A stretch of DNA of 37,914 nucleotides from Nitrospirales bacterium (GTDB lineage Bacteria; Nitrospirota; Nitrospiria; Nitrospirales; UBA8639), in assembly GCA_049607825.1 (NCBI GenBank), contig JBMYWX010000001.1, forward strand, positions 1 to 37,914, in the 5' to 3' direction. The notes below the pieces were generated by a model. That model saw only the letters and a program-made list of their open reading frames with translations. It did not search any database and was not told where the DNA came from. The position numbers and the translations under genes were made by a program. The stretch's first letter is position 1, and each line of letters starts with the position of its first letter. Positions 18,586 to 26,711 of the stretch are shown piece by piece.

Positions 18586-19839
18586 TTATGAGACATTTGC
18601 CAGAAATGAAGTCTTAAACTTAGCTCCTGACCCGGCACCCTGCATTCGGTCAGTCAGCCACTTGGCGAAGGCTAATGAACAGGTCATCCCTGGCGAAACC
18701 ATGTTCAAAACATGAATAGTTCGGTCAGTCGATTCGACAATTAGGTCATCGACCAAATGACCATCTGATCGTATTAATTGAGGACTAATGCCGACCCGAC
18801 TTCCAAGAGCTAAGTCTTCTAGTTGCAATCCTTGAATAACCTTACTGGCCTCTTTCCAAAAATACTGTCGAGTCAATGGATGATCATCTTTTTTCCAGGC
18901 CAAGCGAAAAAGCTTTGGATTGCGGAATAAGGCTTTCCACACAGCTTGCTGTCTCACTAATTTGGCCATCGCACTGAATTGTTTCTGAATAGGTTGATAG
19001 GCTTCCCTTCCAAATGCTGGGATAACACTTGGCCCCACCAGCACAGAACCCTGAAGAGTTCGGGTAACATGCACACCTAAAAATGGCAAAGAAAGATCTG
19101 CAATAGGGTAGACCGTCGAGCGTATGATAGGTGAGTCTGAACCCATCACAGTAAAATATATTCCTCGAAACGGCACCATCAAATATTCCCCACCGATACC
19201 CATTGCATGAGCCAAACGATCGGCATGCAAGCCAGCACAATTAATCACAAGCTCTGACGTATACCGACTATCACGTGTGACAACATTCACCATATCTCCA
19301 TGTTCTTGAATACTCACGACCTCTTGCCAATACAGAATGGTGGCACCTGATCGACTCGCATCATTCACCAGTGACTTTGTCAAAGCTCTTGAATCAATGA
19401 TGGCACCCGTCGGTGCAAATAAAGCCATATGACCAGTAATATGGGGTTCATGTGATCTCACCTTCGAAATAGGAACAAGTCGGAGATCAGGAACACCATT
19501 GCGGTCGCCCCGTCCTTTTAAATCTTCAAGAACGGGAACCTGTGACTCATCAGTTGCGACAACATACGTTCCGACCTGTTCAATTGGAATCCGACGCGAC
19601 TCAGCGTACTTACGAATGGCATAGTTTCCTTCAACACACAGACGGGCAGTCAATGATCCTGGAGTTGCATGAAATCCTGAATGCACAATCCCACTGTTGC
19701 GACCACTCGTATGTAAGCCGACATCTGGCTCTTTTTCAAGTAATAAGACCTTGCACCGTTGGGCTGCTAGACTGCGTGCAATCGCACATCCCAGCACACC
19801 ACCTCCAATAATAATGACATCATAGAATTGACCTTTCAT
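18586..19839 (-). CDS. FAD-dependent oxidoreductase (DAO family, L-2-hydroxyglutarate oxidase-like)
   Basis: Contains the dinucleotide motif YDVIIIGGGVLGCAIARSLA, HTSGRNSGIVHSG and INCAGLHAD. The ORF opens with GTG 19842 followed immediately by ATG 19839. Confidence 0.85.
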   Translation of the reverse strand: MKGQFYDVIIIGGGVLGCAIARSLAAQRCKVLLLEKEPDVGLHTSGRNSGIVHSGFHATPGSLTARLCVEGNYAIRKYAESRRIPIEQVGTYVVATDESQVPVLEDLKGRGDRNGVPDLRLVPISKVRSHEPHITGHMALFAPTGAIIDSRALTKSLVNDASRSGATILYWQEVVSIQEHGDMVNVVTRDSRYTSELVINCAGLHADRLAHAMGIGGEYLMVPFRGIYFTVMGSDSPIIRSTVYPIADLSLPFLGVHVTRTLQGSVLVGPSVIPAFGREAYQPIQKQFSAMAKLVRQQAVWKALFRNPKLFRLAWKKDDHPLTRQYFWKEASKVIQGLQLEDLALGSRVGISPQLIRSDGHLVDDLIVESTDRTIHVLNMVSPGMTCSLAFAKWLTDRMQGAGSGAKFKTSFLANVS

Positions 19840-20236
19840 CACATAGCCAATGATACAAGTTATATGCCAAGACGATCATCAAGAAACTGATGTCTTTTCA
19901 AACAGCTAGCGACCACATTGCCCAGAGTACCTAGGCAAACAGCAATTATTGCCTACCTAGGATGAAGAATATTAGAGAAAGAATATAGAGGAATGAGTAC
20001 TGAGATAGAGCAACAAAGAAAAATTGAAGGAATAATTCCTCAGCGAATTGGTGAAGACATTTCCAATTCAACAAGCTCAAGCAATCGAATGACACAGTAG
20101 GCTATCGTGTGAAGTGAGATCGTAGGGATAGCGACGGGTTCAATGGTGTGTGTAGTCAATGCCGTCTCGTGACAGATGACGTATAAGACCGACCGTATCC
20201 AACGTACTCGGTGTATATCAGGGACTCTCTTGAGGA

Positions 20237-20491
20237 TTATGAAGTAGGAGGGATTTTTCGCTGAGTCAGATTAGGTTGCTTGGGAAGGGTTCGCGCCTGC
20301 TCAGCACTAACAGACAAGGCACTCATATTTTCCTGTCGGACGGCTTCATATAACTCTTCACGGAGAACACGCATATCCGATGGACATTCAATTCCAAGCC
20401 GGACTTGTCCTCCCTTTACCTGAACAAGAACTATTCGTATATCCTCACCAATTCGAATAGCCTCATCTTTTTTTCTCGTTAATATCAGCAT
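20237..20491 (-). CDS. csrA: Carbon storage regulator CsrA (long, FliW-partner type)
   Basis: MLILTRKKDEAIRIGEDIRIVLVQVKGGQVRLGIECPSDMRVLREELYE plus a C-terminal extension of about 30 aa. AAGGA lies 6 nt upstream of the ATG. Confidence 0.95.
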   Translation of the reverse strand: MLILTRKKDEAIRIGEDIRIVLVQVKGGQVRLGIECPSDMRVLREELYEAVRQENMSALSVSAEQARTLPKQPNLTQRKIPPTS

Positions 20492-20552
20492 AGCCGTCCT
20501 TGGCGAATTAGACTAGATCTCTCTCATCTCCCTTGACTGTCACGAGAAAAGC

Positions 20553-21035
20553 CTATGAGGTTTTCACCACTTCCTGCACACATACAGAATCTTCAACTGC
20601 CTCACTCGGTTCTTCGGCAAAGAGAGGTACTTGTAAAGGTATAGACTCATGTAAAATGATTTGTTTACCTACTCGAGTTCGTAAATTGACCACAATGGGC
20701 GCACGTAAATTGGCCGTAGCTTGATCCGGTCGACCAGATGGAATTGTGACAATCACGACAATCTCAACCTGATCATTCGGCATAATATTGAGCTCTTTGA
20801 CATTGTCGTCAGTCAGTTGTGCCTCAAAATCTGCTTGAATGAGATCCGCGTGAGTAATGACGACAGCTAAAGTCTCATCTTCAAGTGATTGCAACCATTG
20901 ATATCCAGAATCTCGATCAACATCAAAGACGACATATCGCGTATGATGAGGCAGTCCAACAAGCCCAGTGGGAAATGAAATAATCGATTCCTCCGGTACC
21001 TCAAGTTCCCCAAAACGACTGGTGGAAATTTTCAT
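20553..21035 (-). CDS. fliW: Flagellar assembly factor FliW
   Basis: Contains FGELEVPEESIISFPTGLVGLP...YVVF...YQWLQS. It lies immediately upstream of csrA. The start is placed at ATG 21035 (MKISTSRFGEL), preceded by GAGGAAAAGGAAGG. The ORF is open to 21056. Confidence 0.9.
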   Translation of the reverse strand: MKISTSRFGELEVPEESIISFPTGLVGLPHHTRYVVFDVDRDSGYQWLQSLEDETLAVVITHADLIQADFEAQLTDDNVKELNIMPNDQVEIVVIVTIPSGRPDQATANLRAPIVVNLRTRVGKQIILHESIPLQVPLFAEEPSEAVEDSVCVQEVVKTS

Positions 21036-21113
21036 GGCCTTCCTTTTCCTCAACATGATGACGATAGAGAGTCTCTACTCTCTACTTTATCCACTATCAC
21101 CTCATTAACAATA

Positions 21114-21141
21114 TTATCGGTTGCTTCAGACTAAGAGTTAA
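21114..21141 (-). promoter_or_regulatory. Sigma-28 (FliA)-like promoter upstream of fliW-csrA
   Basis: The minus strand reads TAACTCTT-N11-ACCGATAA against the consensus TAAAGTTT-N11-GCCGATAA. It lies about 60-80 nt upstream of the fliW start. Confidence 0.45.
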
Positions 21142-21387
21142 GTGTGCCATACATTTGATCAAATGGTACAGCTTTTTAGGGTCTCGAAGGATGTATCAGG
21201 ATTTCCATCATGTTGAGGTACAGATCATAGACCATCCCACTACATGCCATATGCTTTACAGAAATGTCTGAACAATATGACTCCACTCAGATTTACAAGA
21301 TGTACGCGTGGTGACGACTCAGCATACACGTAGCTCACAGAGCGAGTGACTTTCCTTATGAAAACCCACCAGATTCTGGATACGTTG

Positions 21388-21735
21388 TCACAACTGTTGA
21401 GGTTGAACAGGCAACATCTGATAAGCATCAAGCTGAAATGTGCGACAAATCTCTTTGCTCTCCTCTTGAGCATAATAAGGAAATAAACCCAACACCGAAG
21501 GAATTCTACCCATATCTTGTCCTACACGTTGAAGGTTATGAGAAAATAAGCACCAGTCAACATTGGGTACATGAAGATCAAGGACGACACCACTGATATC
21601 ATCTCAAGATTTAAGGACGTCCCAAGAATCGTTCGGATGAGAAAAAGATAAAACCTCTTCGTACTCTGCACGTAAGAGCATTCGTAACATCAACATTTGA
21701 AAGGGGTCAGGATGTATGAGCAGAAGACTAGACAT
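21388..21735 (-). pseudogene. Single-domain CheY-like receiver gene interrupted by an in-frame TGA, with degenerate active-site residues
   Basis: This gene is not in the ORF track. The ATG overlaps the TAA of the GGDEF gene (TAATG). Translation: MSSLLLIHPDPFQMLMLRMLLRAEYEEVLSFSHPNDSWDVLKS*DDISGVVLDLHVPNVDWCLFSHNLQRVGQDMGRIPSVLGLFPYYAQEESKEICRTFQLDAYQMLPVQPQQL*. This gives a receiver-fold pattern, with the stop codon at 21604..21606. Confidence 0.6.
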
Positions 21736-22694
21736 TAGGAATCACGCTGATTGGTCACCAGAGGCGTGACCACAGACTCTCCCTCATATGCAACAAACTC
21801 TACACTATCTCTTCCACTACCCTTCACTAAATACAACGCGCTATCAGCAGCGGAGATGAGCCCACGAACATCATCAGCAAAAGGTGTAGTCCAGGTAGTG
21901 ACGCCCTGGCTCAGGGTTATCTGAATAGAAGAACCAGGGACGATAATTGGTACGTCAGAGAGTGAAGCACGAATTCGTTCAGCCTGCTTGATTGCCGTCG
22001 AGGAATCACTACCAGGGAGAACTATGAGAAACTCTTCTCCCCCGTAACGTCCTATAGCATCATAAGAACGGAGAGATTCTTGAATGCGTCGTGTCACCTC
22101 CACTAGAACAAAATCACCAGCTAAGTGACCACACGTATCATTGACTCGCTTAAACTCATCCAGATCAGCCATGATCAAACTCAACGAAAGATTTTCTCGT
22201 TGTGCGCGAGCTAATTCACGATGAAGGTGATCAAGAATTGCTCCATGATTGAGGACCATAGTCAGAGGGTCCTGCGTAGCTTGGATACGAAGTGTTTCAC
22301 GGGCCGTAATGAGCTCGGCTTGTAAATCCACAATTCGCTTACCAGATCGTAGCCTCGCTTCAAGCTCACCAAGATGGAATGGCTTACATAAATAATCATC
22401 CGCCCCCGCATCGAGTCCAGCAATGAGGTCTTGGGTCTCATCTTTCCCTGTTAACAAAATGACATACACATAGGGGTTTGTTGATTCAGCCCGAAGTTTT
22501 TGACAGACTTGTAAACCATCAAGCCCAGGCATCATCCAATCAAGAATGGCAATTTGTGGCACGTTCTCGGACTGCAATATTTTCCAAGCTTCTTCCCCAT
22601 CACTACAGGTCACCACCTCATGACCCCATTGACGCATTCGATAAACAACCATATGCAAAGTAAGAGGATCGTCATCTGCCACTAAGACAAGCAT
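21735..22694 (-). CDS. Response regulator with GGDEF output (REC-linker-diguanylate cyclase, PleD/WspR-like)
   Basis: 319-aa ORF. REC motifs: VLVADDDP, IAILDWMMPGLDG, ILLTGK, DYLCKP. GGDEF domain: RYGGEEF, with an RSYD (RxxD) I-site five residues upstream. Confidence 0.9.
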   Translation of the reverse strand: MLVLVADDDPLTLHMVVYRMRQWGHEVVTCSDGEEAWKILQSENVPQIAILDWMMPGLDGLQVCQKLRAESTNPYVYVILLTGKDETQDLIAGLDAGADDYLCKPFHLGELEARLRSGKRIVDLQAELITARETLRIQATQDPLTMVLNHGAILDHLHRELARAQRENLSLSLIMADLDEFKRVNDTCGHLAGDFVLVEVTRRIQESLRSYDAIGRYGGEEFLIVLPGSDSSTAIKQAERIRASLSDVPIIVPGSSIQITLSQGVTTWTTPFADDVRGLISAADSALYLVKGSGRDSVEFVAYEGESVVTPLVTNQRDS

Positions 22695-22867
22695 ACCTAT
22701 AACCGTTCCTTTTGGTAGATTCCTCTGAAAGACTCATAGAACAGGTGTTCTGACAGTGTGGACAGATTGTGCCTCAATAACATCGACTGAAATAGATTCC
22801 CTAAAAATGAACAGAAACAAACACAAGGCAAAATACTCATGGACAAGGTCATCACACCTTATCAATC

Positions 22868-22894
22868 ATATCGGAGATGGGAGAATATTTCTAA
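22868..22894 (-). promoter_or_regulatory. Weak sigma-28-like promoter upstream of the REC-GGDEF gene
   Basis: The minus strand reads TTAGAAAT-N11-TCCGATAT. The -10 is good and the -35 is poor. It lies about 175 nt upstream of the start at 22694. Confidence 0.3.
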
Positions 22895-22931
22895 AGGATT
22901 GAAGCGTGACAAACTGTGGGTGACAAAGAAA

Positions 22932-24059
22932 TTATCGAAGAAATTGTAGAAGATTTGTTTGATACTGGCGCGTCAGCACGGCTAATGAAGCTTCAAGGTT
23001 CACTTGAAGAGTTGCAAGTTCAGAAGCCACCGTTGCAAGGTCAGCATCTTCAAAATCCGAACGCAGTGAGTCTATATTGACATTCACCAGGCTCAGACTT
23101 TCTTTGACCGTATCCAATCGGTTGACACGTGATCCAATATCAGCTCGGGAATTGGTCACTTGACTTAACCCACTATCCAAATTAGCAATAGCCGTTTCAA
23201 TCCCATCTTCGTCATTTGTCGCTAAGGCTTGATGGAAGTCTTGAAATACCGTAAAGAGATCCACCGTTGGTCCAGAAAACACTTGGCTTCCAGTCACATT
23301 CGTACTGACTGTTTTTCCGTCACCAATCTCAATCTCCACTGAATTGGAATCGCCCTGATAAGAATACTCAGACCGAGCATAAAAAATATCCCCTGATGAA
23401 GGAGACCCACTGATCGTGGCCGTTAAGCCATCAAAGGTGAGTGGGCTACTTCCACCAGAAATTTCGGTTTCACCAGTAGTCAGATTCAACACATCATAAT
23501 CAGTACCATTAAACTGAATTTCATACAAATGTGGTTGGAGCGCAGATGCAGTTGTCACGACTGCACCAATTGTCCCCGTACCGCTGTTATTGGCACCGAT
23601 CGAAGCTGAAGCCGTATCTAAGATATACGGATCGGTTAGCGTCTCATGACCTGCAAAGATCGACCGACCATTTAACTGACTATTGGCTAAACCAGCAAAC
23701 GACTGAAACAACTGATTCACTTCCTTTCCAAGGTTCGCTCGTTCAACCGATGAATTCGTATCATTGCGTGACTGAATCGCCAATTCCCTTGCTCGTTGAA
23801 TCGCATTGCCAACTGTACCTAGGGTACTATCCGACAGATTCAAACGACCCACCCCTTCGTTTACTGAAGAAACCCGACGCTCGGTCGTACGTAAAACATT
23901 TTTAAACTGACTAATTCGTTCTGCAGCTGCAGGGTCATCAGATGGACGATTCACTCGCCTACCAGACGAGATCTGTTCTTGACGCTCGAAGATGTTCCGT
24001 TGAGTATTTTGTATATCGCTCAACAAGCTTGAAATTTGTTGTCGATCCGTAACTCTCAT
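22932..24059 (-). CDS. flgL: Flagellar hook-associated protein 3 (FlgL)
   Basis: 375-aa ORF with flagellin-like conserved termini (N: RVNRPSDDPAAAERISQ; C: LATLQVNLEASLAVLTRQYQTNLLQFLR). It follows flgK. Confidence 0.9.
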   Translation of the reverse strand: MRVTDRQQISSLLSDIQNTQRNIFERQEQISSGRRVNRPSDDPAAAERISQFKNVLRTTERRVSSVNEGVGRLNLSDSTLGTVGNAIQRARELAIQSRNDTNSSVERANLGKEVNQLFQSFAGLANSQLNGRSIFAGHETLTDPYILDTASASIGANNSGTGTIGAVVTTASALQPHLYEIQFNGTDYDVLNLTTGETEISGGSSPLTFDGLTATISGSPSSGDIFYARSEYSYQGDSNSVEIEIGDGKTVSTNVTGSQVFSGPTVDLFTVFQDFHQALATNDEDGIETAIANLDSGLSQVTNSRADIGSRVNRLDTVKESLSLVNVNIDSLRSDFEDADLATVASELATLQVNLEASLAVLTRQYQTNLLQFLR

Positions 24060-24118
24060 CGATTAACCCACCAACGTTAAACTATAATAAAAACCAACAT
24101 GATACCTGGAAACCAATA

Positions 24119-25777
24119 TTACCGACCTAACGAAAGCACGGTTTGAAGTAGGTCATCTGCTAAGGTAATGAGACGAGCTGAGGCTTCAAAGGCTCGCTGA
24201 AAGCTGAGAAGGTTTGTCAACTCTTCATCCAATGACACACCCGACACACCCTCCCTAAATGTCTCGACTTGCTCGGTTTCTGCTGTTTTTGCAATCAGAG
24301 ATAAGTTAACTTCTCGAGCAGCACTTCCAACATTCCCTGCCGAGATGGTGTGATAATCATTTAACGTCACGCTACCTAATGTGCTTTGCCTTGTGGTGTG
24401 GATATCCACCAAGGCAAGGGCATTAATGTTATTGCCTGGAACTCCAGTTGATGTCGACGAGGCCGCAATATCATCAGTATCCGTTAATGAAACCGAAAGA
24501 TCTGCTGCAGCCCCTTTGTGCGCACTAGCCGTAAACACATCACCAGCAGCTGGAGCTCCGGTATTATTCGTAATCACCACCGTGAGACCTTCAAAAACAA
24601 TATTATTGCCAGAAGTATACGGTTGAGCGCTCAGGACCGTCGTCCCATTTGTCGTATCTAATACGTCAAAGGTTGTCGCATTGGTAAAGGAAATTTGATA
24701 ATTACTCATGGTCAGAGAACTGGCCGTTGAGACTGCAGCGGATGTCCCCTCTGCCCCCCCACTATTTCCGTCACTTGCGATGGGAGCATCGGGACTCAAA
24801 GCCGTAAAAAAGGCATTTCCTGTATCACCATCTAAATCATATCCAGCTTCATGTTGCTGATTAAATTCATTGACAAGAACGGCGACATTTCGATCTAAAC
24901 GATCTTGAAAACTTGCAATGTCCGAATCGCGAAGTGTTAAGAGACCATCAACTCGCCCATCGTTGATCCGTGGGGTCACCACAAATTCAGTCCCATCACT
25001 TCGGACAAAGGCTACGTCATTAAGAGGAGGATTATCGGCATCTGGGGTTTGAACAAGTGTATTAGCTGTATTGCCCCCAACGAGCATTTGTCCGCCAACC
25101 ATAACGGCCAACCCATCTCGCATCTCTACGGGCGATACATCAATAAGTTCAGCCATTTCATTCACACGGAGTTGTCGTTGATCTCTGAGATCATGAGCTG
25201 CACCACCACTTGCCTCGGCATGAAAGATAGAATCATTCAATGTGGCAACCTCAGTGGCAAGACTGTTAATCGTCGTCAAATGTCGATTAATCTCACCATC
25301 CGCATCTCGACGTATTTGTTCTAAAGCAAGAGACGCGCGATTCACCTCATCAACTAATGAATTCGCTTTCCCAAGAAGAACGGTTCGCTGAACCGTCCCC
25401 TCTGGATTGGTGGCAACATCTCGGACTCCATTAAAAAACTCAGTGAGGCCATGGGCAATTCCACTATTCTCACTCTCAGTAAATACCCCGTCAGCTTGCA
25501 CTAAATAATTATGTCGTGCATCAAGTCGTCCAACATCTTCTTTAAGTTTGGTGACTTGTTTTTCTAAAAATACATCAACATTACGCCGAATATCGTTAAT
25601 GCGAACACCAGAAGCCTCTTGGCCATTAGCCGGTGAGGCGGTTTCAAGCACCACTTCCTGACGAGAGAATCCTTTTGTTTCGATATTGGCGATGTTATGA
25701 GAAGTGGTCGCTAGCCCCTGTTGGTGTGCACGAATACCCGTCCGACCAATCTCAAAAATTTGCCCTATTCCGCTCAT
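24119..25777 (-). CDS. flgK: Flagellar hook-associated protein 1 (FlgK)
   Basis: 552-aa ORF. N terminus: IGRTGIRAHQQGLATTSHNIANIETKGFSRQ. C terminus: EELTNLLSFQRAFEASARLITLADDLLQTVLSL. Confidence 0.9.
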   Translation of the reverse strand: MSGIGQIFEIGRTGIRAHQQGLATTSHNIANIETKGFSRQEVVLETASPANGQEASGVRINDIRRNVDVFLEKQVTKLKEDVGRLDARHNYLVQADGVFTESENSGIAHGLTEFFNGVRDVATNPEGTVQRTVLLGKANSLVDEVNRASLALEQIRRDADGEINRHLTTINSLATEVATLNDSIFHAEASGGAAHDLRDQRQLRVNEMAELIDVSPVEMRDGLAVMVGGQMLVGGNTANTLVQTPDADNPPLNDVAFVRSDGTEFVVTPRINDGRVDGLLTLRDSDIASFQDRLDRNVAVLVNEFNQQHEAGYDLDGDTGNAFFTALSPDAPIASDGNSGGAEGTSAAVSTASSLTMSNYQISFTNATTFDVLDTTNGTTVLSAQPYTSGNNIVFEGLTVVITNNTGAPAAGDVFTASAHKGAAADLSVSLTDTDDIAASSTSTGVPGNNINALALVDIHTTRQSTLGSVTLNDYHTISAGNVGSAAREVNLSLIAKTAETEQVETFREGVSGVSLDEELTNLLSFQRAFEASARLITLADDLLQTVLSLGR

Positions 25778-25783
25778 GTGCGC

Positions 25784-26275
25784 CTATCCTTGTAGATTAA
25801 GTGACGTCGCCACACTGGGTGACGATAACTGCCCAGACTCCCCATACACCGGCACTAAGCCCAATCCTTCCTGCACGACCATCATCGCTTCACGCACCAC
25901 ATGAAGACCACGACTCAATAATCCAGAATTGCGGTTGCTCAGCTGTTCGACTTGAGAACCAATAGACATGAGCTTCCTCAATGCTTGTTTAGCGGGAATA
26001 GCATGAGGATGCGTGGACTCTACCAACCATTTCAACGATTTTCCCTGACTACCATCTTTATGCAAGCCCTTGCCACAGATCACTCGGTCTCGTTCCAAAT
26101 TCGTGATAGATGCTAGAATTTCCTCCTTCTGACTAGCGATTTGGACAAGGCGTTGATACTGAAGTGTTCGCAACACCGTCCACTCGTCATTCAGTAATTC
26201 AAGCAGTTGCTCATAGACGCGGCATTCCTGTTGTAAGAGAAGAGAAAGTTGACTCCAAGGATCTTTGCCTGTCAT
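25784..26275 (-). CDS. flgN: FlgN-like export chaperone for FlgK/FlgL
   Basis: 163-aa helical ORF (LLLQQECRVYEQLLELLNDEWTVLRTLQY...) in the canonical slot between flgM and flgK. Confidence 0.7.
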   Translation of the reverse strand: MTGKDPWSQLSLLLQQECRVYEQLLELLNDEWTVLRTLQYQRLVQIASQKEEILASITNLERDRVICGKGLHKDGSQGKSLKWLVESTHPHAIPAKQALRKLMSIGSQVEQLSNRNSGLLSRGLHVVREAMMVVQEGLGLVPVYGESGQLSSPSVATSLNLQG

Positions 26276-26306
26276 TGATAACCACCTTTTGTATTTTTTT
26301 ATACGT

Positions 26307-26627
26307 TTACGACAAAGCTATCGTATTGAGTATCGTGTCTCGCGATAACGCATCAGCAATTTGCTCAGCATTTGCCAAAGACCGGTTCTTCTCAAGTGCC
26401 TCACGAATCGTCTCAACACGATCTTCGCGAACATCAGGCTGGTTGACAACTTGATTCGTCAGATCTCTCACTTCCCGAGCAAAAACCGAGAGGGCCACGT
26501 CATCGCCAGTATGACCAAGGGGACTCGCTTTGGATTGCCGTTGATCACTGGGGACAACGGATTTTGCTTGACTTGTCGAAAAAAGCCGACCCAGTTCACC
26601 GCTGGGATCTAGGCTGGAAATTGTCAT
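26307..26627 (-). CDS. flgM: Anti-sigma-28 factor FlgM
   Basis: 106-aa ORF with a FlgM-like C-terminal half (VREDRVETIREALEKNRSLANAEQIADAL). A strong SD (GAAGGAGG) is present. Confidence 0.8.
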   Translation of the reverse strand: MTISSLDPSGELGRLFSTSQAKSVVPSDQRQSKASPLGHTGDDVALSVFAREVRDLTNQVVNQPDVREDRVETIREALEKNRSLANAEQIADALSRDTILNTIALS

Positions 26628-26662
26628 AATGCCTCGCCTCCTTCTAGTGGATCTATAAGACT

Positions 26663-26690
26663 GTATCGGAGGCTATGTGCGAGAACTTAA
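26663..26690 (-). promoter_or_regulatory. Sigma-28 (FliA)-like promoter upstream of flgM
   Basis: The minus strand reads TAAGTTCT-N11-TCCGATAC. It lies about 35 nt upstream of the flgM ATG (26627). Confidence 0.5.
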
Positions 26691-26711
26691 GAGGTCTTCG
26701 TGAAACGACTT

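Noticed and set aside
19854-19869. A sigma-54-like TGGCAT-N5-TTGTA upstream of the FAD oxidoreductase
   Set aside because: The conserved -12 GC is GT. The element ends only about 12 nt before the GTG/ATG start, which would force a leaderless transcript.
19932-19955. A hairpin, TAGGCAA-N10-TTGCCTA, as a csrA terminator
   Set aside because: It has only a 7-bp stem, no U-tract on the minus strand, and lies about 280 nt past the csrA stop.
19843-20236. A possible CsrB/RsmZ-like GGA-rich sRNA or other ncRNA in the 394-nt gap between csrA and the FAD oxidoreductase
   Set aside because: There are about seven GGA triplets in about 300 nt, which is close to the random expectation. They are not presented in repeated hairpin loops. 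I could find no promoter/terminator pair and no tRNA-like T-arm.
20165-20547. An 11-bp perfect inverted repeat (tctcgtgacag / ctgtcacgaga) flanking csrA, which could suggest a mobile or invertible cassette
   Set aside because: My estimate is that several 11-mer reverse-complement matches within 500 bp are expected by chance in a 38-kb window. There are no target-site duplications, no recombinase gene, and no extension of the repeat.
21240-21473. A 77-aa minus-strand ORF between the GGDEF gene and fliW
   Set aside because: It overlaps, out of frame, the 3' part of the receiver-like reading frame. Its translation is Cys/Arg-rich with no motif and no SD.
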